From an uncultured Verrucomicrobiota bacterium (lineage in GTDB: Bacteria > Verrucomicrobiota > Kiritimatiellia > CAIQIC01 > Lenti-01): 64,000 nt of DNA. Below, piece by piece: positions 32,401 through 38,742 of this stretch. A program made the translations under genes and the position numbers. The number at the start of each line of letters is the position of its first letter. Position 1 is the first letter of the stretch. The stretch is taken from contig CAZECJ010000001.1 of assembly GCA_964510645.1 (NCBI GenBank), positions 6,628 to 70,627 of the forward strand. Reading direction: 5' to 3'. Under the pieces are notes generated by a model. The model had not been told where the DNA came from, did no database searches, and saw only the letters and a program-made list of their open reading frames with translations.

Positions 32401-35400
32401 CCGGCACCGCCGACAAGAACCGCGCGCCCAAGCGCATCTTCAACTTCGACGACGGCGGCCAGACCGCGGAGAACGGGTTCTACCTGAACGACTGGATGGC
32501 CGATTGGCAGAACGCCGCCGTGCTTGAAGGCGACGCCGCCCTCGTGTCGGCGGCCTGGCCGCCGGTGGATCTGGATTCGGACGACGACGCCTCGACGGAC
32601 GTGGCCGAGCGCTCCGGCAATACCCTCGTGCTGCGTTCCGAGTCGCCCTACGTGCCGCGCGCGCTGAAGTTCGGCGGCCTCGGCAGCGTGCTGGCGACCG
32701 AAGACGTCGACGGGCTGGAAACGATGGTGTACGCCGTCAGCAACTGGACCGTCGAAGCCTGGGTCAAGCCCACGGCGAAGCCCACGATGACGACTCCGCT
32801 GGTCCGGCGCGCCACGCGGGACGGCGCGCTCGCCACCTTCGAGCTGCGGCTGGACACCAACCTGACGGTGTATGCGGGCTTCAACCGCGAGGACGACGGC
32901 CATTCCATCTATTACGTCCACAGCGGCGCCAAGAAGCTGCCGACGAACCAATGGACCCATCTGGCGGCGACCTATTCGGCGGACGACAACCGCCTGATCC
33001 TCTACGTCAACGGCGTCGAACAGATCCGCGGCACGGACGTCTCGGCCCGGCCCGTGGTCGATCGCACCGGCCGCTTGCAGCTGGGCGGCTTCGGCTTCAT
33101 GGGCGAACTGAAGGAAGTCCGCGTCTGGAACAAGGCGCGCTCCGCCGAAAACGTCTACGCCAACTTCGGCAAGACGCTTCTGTTCTCCGTGGCCGCGCTG
33201 GAAAACAGCTTCCGCGCCACCGGGGCGACCGGCAACCAGAGCTATCTGGGCCGCGTGACGGAAGCGATCGAGGATGGGTTCAACTACGACTACACGTCGA
33301 TCGGGGCCATCGGCGACGAATACCGCATCCTCAACTACGTCCAGGGACGCCTGACCCAGAAGTTCACCCTGGAAACGTGGATCCGCATGCAGCCGGGCGC
33401 GGCGGGCGGCCGCGCGGTGACGCGCCAGGTCGATCTGATGCTGGTGGATCAGGGCTCCGATTGGCGCGTCAACGAAGCCATCGTGATCGAGCCCAACGGC
33501 GCGCCGGCGGTGGAGTGGAACGGGCAGGTGAATATTGCCACGCCCATCTACGAGGAAGAGGAAATCCCGAATCCCGACACGTCCAAGACCAATACCATCA
33601 AGCGCAAGGTGCTCAACCGGCTGGAGTACGCCACGACCGTGGTGCCCCGCAAGCTGATCTCGGAAGTGGATATCCGCGACGGCCAATGGCACCATCTGGC
33701 CGCCGTGGGCGACAGCCAGCGCATCCGCCTCTACGTGGATGGCCAGCTCGAGACCGAAGCGCTGAGCTACTACGAGTTCAAGGCCCGCCCGAAACCGGAC
33801 TTCGAAACCCTCTATTGGCAATATCCCAACATCGGTTCGGCCCTGCGCATCAGCGACGGCACCCTCCAGGCCGATCTGGACGAGGTGATGTTCTGGAACG
33901 AAGACCGGTCCGAAGAGGAAATCCGGGACCACATGAACTACGGCCTGACCACCGAGGAAATCAAGAGCTGGCGCAAGCCGATCGAGCCGATTCCGGAAAA
34001 CGCCATCGACGACTATGCGGTCCGGCAAAAGGACATGGGCAACGCCTATCCGCGGGTGGATCTGGTGTCCTACATGTTCTTCGACGGCACGCCGCCGCTG
34101 CCGCAAGTGATGGATGCCGCCAACGAGCCGCTGCCGTACCGCATCCTGCCGGACGTGAACGGCGATGAAATCCTGCGCAATTCGCGCCCGCCGGTCTTCG
34201 TGGACCGCCTGCGCGCGCTCAAGGACGACCTCGTCGGCTACTTCGCCGCGGACGACGGCGGCGAGTCGGCCGAGAACTTCATGAAGCGCAACGATCTCGG
34301 CTACGCCGGCCTGCTGCAGGGCGACGCCCGGTTCGTGGCGGCCCCCGTCACGGTGGGCGACAGCGACCGCGACGGCCTGCCGGATTGGTGGGAAGAGGCC
34401 AACGACCTCGACGCCGGCGATCCCGACGGCGCCAACGGCGCCTATGGCGACGCGGACGGCGACGGCTTGACCAACATCGCCGAGTATCTCGCCGGCACCG
34501 ATCCCAACAACTGGGACACCTCCGGCAACGGCATCAGCGACTACAACTCCAGCGCCGGCGGGCTGACCTTCGGCGAGTTCTACATGGACGGCGACCAGAT
34601 CCCGGATGCGTGGGAACTGCTCTACGGCGACGTCTTGAGCCCGCTGGTCAACGATGCCAACACCGATCCGGACGGCGACGGGTGGAACAACCTCGCCGAA
34701 TACCTGGGGAGCGGATTCGAATATGTTACATCGAGCACGAGTGTGGATACCAACGCCGGATCGACAAACTATGTGCGTTGGTTCACGGCCGTAAACACCA
34801 CGAAACCGAACGATGCCCAATCGTTTCCGACTCCGGCCATTACCTTCATCTTCACAGGTGATTGTACGCCTTCTCCTGACGCGACCCTCGTCGTCCAGGC
34901 GTTTTCTGATTCCATGATGAGAAGGCCCGATGCGCTTCACAGCGTTTCAAATCGTTTTGTGAATGGCCTTACCGAGACGGTAAAACTGTGGAACGGCGGT
35001 ACTTCGTCGGGGATCGGCGACGGCCACGTGCGCCAAGGGAAAAACATCTTCATGGCGTTCATCGATGCCAATAAAGATGGCAAGTGGAACGCCGGCGAAT
35101 GGATGGGCTACAGCGAGAACGGCACGGAGAACATCCAGTGGGGTTCCGCGACCGTCCGCATCGCCCTGACCGACAAGCCGACCGGCTACATCCGCTTCTC
35201 GTGGGAGCAGCAGATGGACGCGATCGCCGCCGGCCTGTCCCAGGTGAACGGGACGACCTACATCGTCACCATCAATTCCGTGGGCACGGGCCTAAACATC
35301 TATTCGGCGACCCGCAGCCTGGAATCCATGGAACGGCCCTACATCACGGAAATGGATCTGAAGCAAGCCGGCGTGGCGCCTATGCAGAGCAGCTACCGGT

Positions 35401-37052
35401 GGTACATCGGGGCCGGGAACGGAGCCGTGTTCGCCTCGGGCACCAACTTCATCGATTACGCGACCACCTTGACTGCGCCGACGATTTTGACGCCGTCGAA
35501 CACCTTTGTCCATGCGCAGAATCGGTTGCGGATGACGCTGCCCGACGATGCGACGCAGGTGGCCATCCGGATCCTGCGCGGCACGAACCTTTGGTTGAGC
35601 ACCACCGTGCCCGCGCCGTACGTGAACAATGCCGGCGTGGCGGAAATGGATCTGCCGTGGCTGGCGGGATGGGGCACGTTCACCAACGGCAACTACTTCC
35701 TTCAGGTTGGCGCGATCAATCCGCGCTTCTCCGCCGGCGTGTTCTCGGGCTCGAATGCGGCGCCCTTCTCCGTGAATCTGCAGGAGTCTCCGGTGGGCGC
35801 CGGCACGATCAAGGGTACCATGGGCTACTTCGGGACCAATGCCGGTTACTGGGTGGTCGAGGCCTTTGAAGGCGCCGGGTTCGACCAGAAGCCCGTGGCC
35901 CGGACGCGGGCGGTCTCGGCCGGCTCCTACACCATGCGGCCCTACACGTTGCTGGGCCTGCGGGCGGGCACCTATTACGTGCGCAGCTATCTGGACAACA
36001 ACGGCAACTCCGTCCTGGACGAGGGCGAGGCCTGGGGCTTCACGAAGGGCACCGTCTCCAGCGTCAGCCTCCTTCGAAAGGGTTCCGCCGCGAAGACGCC
36101 GGGCGATTCCCAGTCGCCTTATGCGGTGGAATACTCCGTCCGCGCGATCGACGTCGATGCGCAAGGCGCCGCGACCGGAATGGATCTGATGTCCTACGAT
36201 TCGCTGGCTTACCGGAAGGCCGAAATGCACAGCGACAACGACGGATTGACGGATGAAGCCGAACTGGCGCTGGGCACCAGCCCCGTCCGTTGGGACACCG
36301 ACTTCGACGGGCTGAGCGACTACGCGGAAGTCATTGCCGGAACCGATCCGCTCGATGCCGATTCCGACGGCGACGGCATGCCGGATGGGTGGGAAGTCGC
36401 CAACAACCTGAATCCGAAGTGGGCCAACGACGCCGCGCTGGATTCCGACGGCGACGGCCTGTCCAACCTGCGGGAGTCCCAGAAGGGCACCCTGCCGCGC
36501 TTGGCCGACACGGATGGCGACGGCATGAACGACGGGTACGAGGTGACCCACGACCTCGATCCGCTGTCCGCCGCGGATGCCGCGCTGGATGCGGACGGCG
36601 ACGGCCTGACCAACCTGCAGGAACGCCAGCTCAACACCGATCCCAACCGCAGCGATACCGACGGCGACGGCTTGAGCGACGGCGACGAAGTGAGCCTGCA
36701 CCGGACCAATCCGCGCGCCCTCGATTCCGACGGCGATGGGTTCGGCGACGGCGAGGAAGTCGCCTTGGGCACGTACCCGGCCGATGCGGGCGACCATCCC
36801 ACCGGCAAGACCGCCACGTCCCAGTTCGTCCGGATTGCGGCGGCGAAGGGGACCGCCACGGTCGTCTACGTGGTGACGGACCTGACCGGTTCCCCGGTGG
36901 ACGTGATCATCCAGCAGAACGACAACCTGCCGACGCAAGCGGCGTGGACGACGGTCGTGACGCGGGCGATCTCCGCGGCGGGCGTCTATACCAACGTCAT
37001 CGCGGATCCCGACATGGATGGGCGGTTCAACCTGCGGATCCGGACCCGGTAA
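23454..37052 (+). CDS. giant modular secreted protein (~4,500 aa) with thrombospondin-type-3-like Ca-binding repeats, six LamG/ConA-like modules and an internal S8 subtilase
   Basis: The reading frame is uninterrupted for 13.6 kb with protein-like composition throughout. ATG 23454 has GGAGGA 9 nt upstream and overlaps the upstream stop. An alternative ATG at 23538 (GAGGGA upstream) gives a canonical signal peptide MQKSAKRNTWAAGSFLGLALLAAAVFAPAAQA. Domain evidence is in the sub-features below. Confidence 0.95.
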   Translation: MRSISALFGMNDDGQGMETQVKATRGTAMQKSAKRNTWAAGSFLGLALLAAAVFAPAAQAAFCADDWTGLATNYNEFAVLNAWGQMDTVTGKVDFESGYGPSEDADEDGLTNLQEFNGWSATVNGRLVWFTWNQSVSAATNWVNCGPDPENPDTDCDGISDFYEQRYTRTNPQIGDPDLDGIPEPGDTDGDGLWDAIEVFAGLDPCNSGWTLYDTNGLPAPGAQPTGQNPWMDPDGDGLDTAEELPSDAIIQTCATNYNFPTQYLTNDALAVWTSPLDYDTDDDRLIDSFERKFAGNNKFNPIVSEEDNATLAKDADLDSDGYVNFREQCMHPLLGNYWSSMTRTSPKRTPFDTFEIPRTVIRGIGVRYPKRPLDRMDGLYMPNYLNKANFDGAKAVTSFNLSDACPPPAGVLWGSPMATDAGASAKQNFVSVLADGTVVWTEVAAAERWTKPDKTDCDTDGMPDGWEGEHGLNPLLNDNVSGVLGDPDDDMLVNYQEYFGQDGYRIDLVTGTGDESNPWIARSVNFGTLSAFGLRAGQVGYGTRGEQAPSSYIPPYSTAYAPAIYPGFFDASLTVVATNTVYFFDTNTMTGSDIDVVVTNWSPVIGVPAFPDLNDMLELYANYDVLYGNFDMAVNAALPTNGAGAFQPFATSMAGFYYLERVGAEDGRYTPGIDALWQVIHTPGVFTPTVPAEPGPPPVDEVPGDIILSDPDGILLAAVTPIPDLAAGEDPAPSILDNVPLKYPMPGNDTDDDGWPDALEIQMDVRKGRQPTSPVQSHNPMAPRAARVVSDDGMTVTSGSLRQYFAPNFTVEAWVYVEPETGANSFDGTFIQGNVEVPDWGYKARTFDLGVKSINGFDSVPYIEMETLGGKVYRASAARSLPLGQWVHLAGVFGRDQNSLTLYVNGLIEQALQVVEEGACSLAATHTHNGSLIFGKTTTNSLNSFSNRLWIDEIRIWGVPRTSEEIADNRATLIDPVQMTDPATMLYEEENPLLGYFSFDDGGDTAEDLVRRAKCSLLGNLFPYDLTVPGNLDHEYLYHDQYYAINADSIGGAFQFDANNPAPVRGALDSVRGEFDTDSDGLPDSWEIVHQLNPFTPYTPDHNDISARYDPAWGEMSPIIVERTGFVYRTSMDAGITWHETNAPQVAVINGPEIIITPCPKCIIAYTLKDADGAVEESNMSWTLKVGQVTYIQDGQRWYVTDEGLPVKQVTYGGGSNINWIVDTLRDPDGDGLNNQYEYWSQTNPNRSDTDEDGRMDGEEDFDGDGLANRLEATIGCRPDLRDTDDDGETDSVEKSNRTSPIDSVSPPKSMALYLDGNPGSYLYAADRYAFRLRNWTVEAKVLPSDLNSLADGQGASIVRRSVQDATNDMMAANFDLRVVKAGTNLVPEVRYIYVDESEAGQIVSVRGNPANRSHRLTVAATNDPYPSDGLIHLAASYDDEIAELRLYINGALAGSKKFPELSRPLQSGKGSRSFVRIGEGFKGFVDDVRLWSVTRSESDVYNDINSSSLTATGLVARYALNDGGWPAMLVRGKVMAANLSAPPAVPNAGDRYLVAAGASGDWVGKTDRIAEFTGATWDFTEPAAGMRILNAATGDVLEWDGSAWAAPADPVIIRGVDFVGAPPIVNDRMDGVCWLDGGNVVTIDSGMQFTSPAPAQVFCEGADVGAVSAASGDFAWWNSRAEYYRYDGGAWLRWGPAIQWLAPVRLKADGVRADEADLLDDLGARVIGERFVVEAEAAIYTAMSEDGALAENYSVEPMNVNDRILLLAPDQAVKVWDGTALVTLAVASDPIGDLYVWVRNEGIAYKSGGPVGSRIWSRWSLIPSCEDSTVEEDWNAQWSHAAQRSGFGSFRMLEGVLLTGKDTDGDGLPDDWEIAYGLDPNDPTGLNGREGDPDGDGLSNYNEYLLGYDPQDSDTNDNGINDGEEDFDGDGLPNWYEQNITGSRLDLKDTDDDGLTDYDEAIGKGAAKRISSPIWSLDPPVRRSMNFLGNGRLTVEAQARHHLKSWTVMGWIKPSESLAGDSIIVRRTVQSSNLQFDGGDLVNYELGLHEVGPGFFAPYVRHVGVTTSGDGLATNVPVESLVSSVNDTNSVNETSGGHQAAGLIVADEWTHVAGTYDSEAHTMSLFINGELSVYRNDVFPPSGMSLGTDKKVLGDLTIGGGRKEANLVELPFAGWMDDVKVLDGAASQDQIQYEASKQISTTLQTINLAVDPEVRQLPIAEALQYEHTNNFVLVRFKAGSTDSTVAGVASTLGLNVAHSFKIAPIHRMQLAAGDDLAAKLKELRADPNVLYAEPDYVVRADRTPNDPMFIRQWGLQNASLPSADIGAVEAWNQATGSRDVIVAVIDTGVDYTHPDLADNMWVNAGEIPDNNLDDDGNGYVDDVHGWDFSTYDALLGLPANDPMDYNGHGTHVAGIIGAVGNNNQGVAGVNWKVKIMPISFLGYFGMGFTSDAILALEYAWQNGARLSNNSWGGGAYSQALHDAIQMAGAKGHLFVAAAGNSGTDNDLIPHYPSSYDIPYVVAVAASDMSDQLADFSCYGAASVDLAAPGAGILSTWPGSQYVSLDGTSMATPFVSGAAALLLSQDTMLDPLGVKRVLLQSVDALDSLADKVVSGGRLNLAKVVGGSPVLNFRFDDGGAWAEDFTVATDWNSALNGFSKPWFHAAVRDNALFSTNTFVPIFEDSDTDGMPDWWEEAMGLDPLSASGLNGAEGDPDGDGLTNFYEFLAGTNPYDSDTNHDAITDFNADSDGDGLSNGQEQQAGTLPGSEWLGDRVDPADTDDDGEKDAAEIAAGTDPLKATSPDRARAMRFSGSGQLVIPTEHAADASLPWTVEAWVKPVGTGTSGLVIRRAEKIQENGQPWVDYELGLASAIPYVSYAFRAEDGYVVVRLNAPASLPMNEWSHLAAVRDPGTMQTRLFVNGKCVATEADARLPATSLRGVFETTIGTGWIGEIDAVRVWSYARTGVEVQNARGVLLPEANLAGTADKNRAPKRIFNFDDGGQTAENGFYLNDWMADWQNAAVLEGDAALVSAAWPPVDLDSDDDASTDVAERSGNTLVLRSESPYVPRALKFGGLGSVLATEDVDGLETMVYAVSNWTVEAWVKPTAKPTMTTPLVRRATRDGALATFELRLDTNLTVYAGFNREDDGHSIYYVHSGAKKLPTNQWTHLAATYSADDNRLILYVNGVEQIRGTDVSARPVVDRTGRLQLGGFGFMGELKEVRVWNKARSAENVYANFGKTLLFSVAALENSFRATGATGNQSYLGRVTEAIEDGFNYDYTSIGAIGDEYRILNYVQGRLTQKFTLETWIRMQPGAAGGRAVTRQVDLMLVDQGSDWRVNEAIVIEPNGAPAVEWNGQVNIATPIYEEEEIPNPDTSKTNTIKRKVLNRLEYATTVVPRKLISEVDIRDGQWHHLAAVGDSQRIRLYVDGQLETEALSYYEFKARPKPDFETLYWQYPNIGSALRISDGTLQADLDEVMFWNEDRSEEEIRDHMNYGLTTEEIKSWRKPIEPIPENAIDDYAVRQKDMGNAYPRVDLVSYMFFDGTPPLPQVMDAANEPLPYRILPDVNGDEILRNSRPPVFVDRLRALKDDLVGYFAADDGGESAENFMKRNDLGYAGLLQGDARFVAAPVTVGDSDRDGLPDWWEEANDLDAGDPDGANGAYGDADGDGLTNIAEYLAGTDPNNWDTSGNGISDYNSSAGGLTFGEFYMDGDQIPDAWELLYGDVLSPLVNDANTDPDGDGWNNLAEYLGSGFEYVTSSTSVDTNAGSTNYVRWFTAVNTTKPNDAQSFPTPAITFIFTGDCTPSPDATLVVQAFSDSMMRRPDALHSVSNRFVNGLTETVKLWNGGTSSGIGDGHVRQGKNIFMAFIDANKDGKWNAGEWMGYSENGTENIQWGSATVRIALTDKPTGYIRFSWEQQMDAIAAGLSQVNGTTYIVTINSVGTGLNIYSATRSLESMERPYITEMDLKQAGVAPMQSSYRWYIGAGNGAVFASGTNFIDYATTLTAPTILTPSNTFVHAQNRLRMTLPDDATQVAIRILRGTNLWLSTTVPAPYVNNAGVAEMDLPWLAGWGTFTNGNYFLQVGAINPRFSAGVFSGSNAAPFSVNLQESPVGAGTIKGTMGYFGTNAGYWVVEAFEGAGFDQKPVARTRAVSAGSYTMRPYTLLGLRAGTYYVRSYLDNNGNSVLDEGEAWGFTKGTVSSVSLLRKGSAAKTPGDSQSPYAVEYSVRAIDVDAQGAATGMDLMSYDSLAYRKAEMHSDNDGLTDEAELALGTSPVRWDTDFDGLSDYAEVIAGTDPLDADSDGDGMPDGWEVANNLNPKWANDAALDSDGDGLSNLRESQKGTLPRLADTDGDGMNDGYEVTHDLDPLSAADAALDADGDGLTNLQERQLNTDPNRSDTDGDGLSDGDEVSLHRTNPRALDSDGDGFGDGEEVALGTYPADAGDHPTGKTATSQFVRIAAAKGTATVVYVVTDLTGSPVDVIIQQNDNLPTQAAWTTVVTRAISAAGVYTNVIADPDMDGRFNLRIRTR
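25800..33950 (+). other. six LamG / concanavalin-A-like jelly-roll modules within the giant ORF (approx. 25800..26400, 27370..27990, 29400..30050, 31860..32380, 32650..33180, 33290..33950)
   Basis: Each module has an N-terminal strand (N/S/K)-(W/F)-T-(V/L)-E-(A/T)-W-(V/I). A central block reads W-x-H-(L/V)-A-(A/G)-(V/T)...L-(Y/F)-(V/I)-N-G. The C-terminal strand is (D/E)-(E/D/A)-(V/I)-R-(V/I/L)-W-x-x-x-R-(S/T)-x-x-(E/D)-(V/I). This is the pattern I associate with Laminin_G_3-type domains. Boundaries are approximate. Confidence 0.75.
30145..31330 (+). other. internal peptidase-S8 (subtilisin) domain preceded by an I9-like prodomain, inside the giant ORF
   Basis: The prodomain-like block is FVLVRFKAGSTDS...LKELRADPNVLYAEPDYVVRA (about 30145..30360). 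The catalytic Asp is in VAVIDTGVDYTHPDL (Asp codon 30494..30496) and the His in HGTHVAGIIGA (~30681). The oxyanion Asn is in LSNNSWGG and the Ser in GTSMATPFVSGAAALL (Ser codon 31161..31163). Confidence 0.9.
36230..36790 (+). repeat. C-terminal array of ~9 thrombospondin-type-3-like Ca-binding loops (D-x-D-x-D-G-x-x-D/N) in the giant ORF
   Basis: SDNDGLTDEAE, DTDFDGLSDYAE, DSDGDGMPDGWE, DSDGDGLSNLRE, DTDGDGMNDGYE, DADGDGLTNLQE, DTDGDGLSDGDE, DSDGDGFGDGEE. Similar arrays lie at about 23760..24440, 24820..24960, 27130..27345, 29040..29340, 31500..31845 and 34360..34710. Confidence 0.85.
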
Positions 37053-37106
37053 AGATCCGGACGTCCCGGCGGGCCTGCCGAAGCCGGCAGGCTCCGCCGA
37101 ATGGCG

Positions 37107-37136
37107 TTGACGCGGCGCCTTCATAAAGTTTAGAGT
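37107..37136 (+). promoter_or_regulatory. candidate promoter for the downstream lipoprotein gene
   Basis: TTGACG (37107..37112), 18 nt, TAGAGT (37131..37136). An AAGGAG Shine-Dalgarno lies 10 nt before the ATG at 37174. It is preceded by a GC hairpin at 37068..37098 with no T-run. This is a motif-level call only. Confidence 0.3.
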
Positions 37137-37173
37137 CGAAAAATTAGGGCATCTAGCAAGGAGATCGGACAGG

Positions 37174-38151
37174 ATGAAACGGTTTGCTTTGATCGGCATT
37201 TGTGCGGCGGCGCTGGCGGCCGGTATTACGGGCTGCGAATGGAATACGGGCGACGATGCCACGAGCTGGAGCTCGGCCTATAACTGGGTCAATTTCAGCG
37301 GCACCTATCGCGGCGTGACGGGCGGCCTGCTGGTCACCGACTACACCAGCACGCCTTCGACTCCGGGCGTCACGAACTCGTTCCCGGTCTACGGCGAAGG
37401 CCAAGGCAGCTTCGCGGCCAACCAAACCACCTTCTCGGGTTCCGTGGACCACGGCAACGTCGTGCCGGGCTCCGTGATCATCACGCTGTACAATGCCGCG
37501 GGCGGAATCATCCGCAGTTTCGCGGACAACGGCAGCGGCGTCCTCGGCACCGGCCAAGGCAACATCCAATACGTCTCCGGCGCGTGGAATCTCGATCTGG
37601 CCACGGAATTTCCCACCGTGCCGGGTTATGTCCGTGCCAATTATTCCTATACCGTTTCCAATTCCGGTTCGGCCGGCAGCGGCGCGGAGTCGGGCGCCAC
37701 GCGCGTCAGCATCTATTCCTTCACCGCCAACCACAACGGCCAGCATCTGACCCTCGTCGACAACAACGGCGCCACGTTCTCCGGCAAGATCAGCCAGATC
37801 CGCTCGACGTCCGGCGCGGAAAACACCGACATCGGCCAAGTGGCCGGCGACGAGCAGTCCCAGCGGGCCAAGATCACCTATTACGAGAGCGAATTGCCGG
37901 CGGACGGCGATTCGATCATCGCCAACTTCGAATGCTCCGGCACCAGCGCGGCCTACATCCCGGTCAAGATCGTGGGCACCTTGGAAGGCACGGTCGCCGC
38001 CGGCATCTTCACCGGCCGCACGATGAACGGCACCTGGATCGAAGTGGGCGGCAAGACCGGCGACATCAACGCGACGACCGATCCCGTCGTGATCGTGACC
38101 TCGGACACGACGACGGATACCACCGCGACCGATACGACGGCCACGGATTAA
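37174..38151 (+). CDS. lipoprotein of unknown function (325 aa) with a Thr/Asp-rich C-terminal tail
   Basis: The signal peptide and lipobox are MKRFALIGICAAALAAGITGC. The composition is beta-rich (Gly/Ser/Thr/Asn). It ends in SDTTTDTTATDTTATD. A strong SD is present. Confidence 0.8.
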   Translation: MKRFALIGICAAALAAGITGCEWNTGDDATSWSSAYNWVNFSGTYRGVTGGLLVTDYTSTPSTPGVTNSFPVYGEGQGSFAANQTTFSGSVDHGNVVPGSVIITLYNAAGGIIRSFADNGSGVLGTGQGNIQYVSGAWNLDLATEFPTVPGYVRANYSYTVSNSGSAGSGAESGATRVSIYSFTANHNGQHLTLVDNNGATFSGKISQIRSTSGAENTDIGQVAGDEQSQRAKITYYESELPADGDSIIANFECSGTSAAYIPVKIVGTLEGTVAAGIFTGRTMNGTWIEVGGKTGDINATTDPVVIVTSDTTTDTTATDTTATD

Positions 38152-38170
38152 TCGTTTGTCCGGTCGTTCG

Positions 38171-38202
38171 GCGCCGCGGAAGTCTTCCGCGGCGCTTTTT
38201 TT
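38171..38202 (+). terminator. rho-independent terminator closing the giant-gene locus
   Basis: GCGCCGCGGAAG-t-CTTCCGCGGCGC is a near-perfect palindrome (38171..38195), followed by TTTTTTT (38196..38202). Confidence 0.85.
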
Positions 38203-38292
38203 GCCGTTTGAATCTTTGGGGCCCCCGCCGACCTCGTCGGGGGGAGCCGGAACGCGGGCATCTTGCCCGCCCGATCGGACCGAAAAATCGGG

Positions 38293-38742
38293 CTAAGGTT
38301 CCACGAAGGTGATGCCGGGGTTGTTGCGGTCGCTGTTCTCGGAGGTCCGCAGGGCGGGGTGCCGGCGCAGGAAGTCGCGCCCCTCGGGCAGGGCGCGGGC
38401 ATAGCGGTCGCCGGGAAGATAGCTGCGGATGCGGCCTTGTTCGAGTTGGCCCTGCAGCCATTGCCGCGCGGCGGCGCGGATCTTGCCGCCGCCGCCGGTG
38501 GCGGAGCCCCAGCCGTGGATGACGCGCACGACGCGCACGCCCTCGGCGCGTGCGCGGTCGAGCTGCGTTTCGAGGCGGCGCAGGGCTTCTGCGACCGTCG
38601 GCAGGCCGGCTTCGACGTCGAGGTCGCGCACCGGCGGGCCGGCGGCGCGGCCGGAAGGATCGGGGCGCTGCGCGGTTTCGCAGAACGGGCAGACGGCGGA
38701 GCCGGGCGCAATGGGTTCGCCGCAGACGTCGCAGGTCTTCAT
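38293..38742 (-). CDS. Smr (MutS2 C-terminal-like) domain protein with N-terminal zinc ribbon
   Basis: The start is MKTCDVCGEPIAPGSAVCPFC at 38742. The Smr block is DLDVEAGLPTVAEALRRLE...VRVVRVIHGWGS. The ATG overlaps the MATE gene stop. The 39480 start in the track is an artefactual extension. Confidence 0.8.
   Translation of the reverse strand: MKTCDVCGEPIAPGSAVCPFCETAQRPDPSGRAAGPPVRDLDVEAGLPTVAEALRRLETQLDRARAEGVRVVRVIHGWGSATGGGGKIRAAARQWLQGQLEQGRIRSYLPGDRYARALPEGRDFLRRHPALRTSENSDRNNPGITFVEP

Noticed and set aside
28116-34940. 2,274-aa minus-strand ORF. Other very long antisense or off-frame ORFs behave the same way: 294..1706, 1571..3382, 3431..6616, 10361..14641, 24474..27755, 35292..37262, 41732..44227, 44423..48709 and 50957..55309.
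   Set aside because: They lie opposite or out of frame to genes with clear family signatures. Their translations are dominated by Arg/Gly/Ala/Pro/His/Val with no recognisable motifs. This is the classic shadow-ORF effect of scarce stop codons in ~70% GC DNA.
37068-37098. GC-rich hairpin right after the giant ORF as a terminator separating it from the lipoprotein gene.
   Set aside because: The stem (GCCTGCCG-aagc-CGGCAGGC, extended by GGCGG/CCGCC) is good but no T-run follows. It may be an RNA-stability or processing element, so it is left as a note and not called as a terminator.
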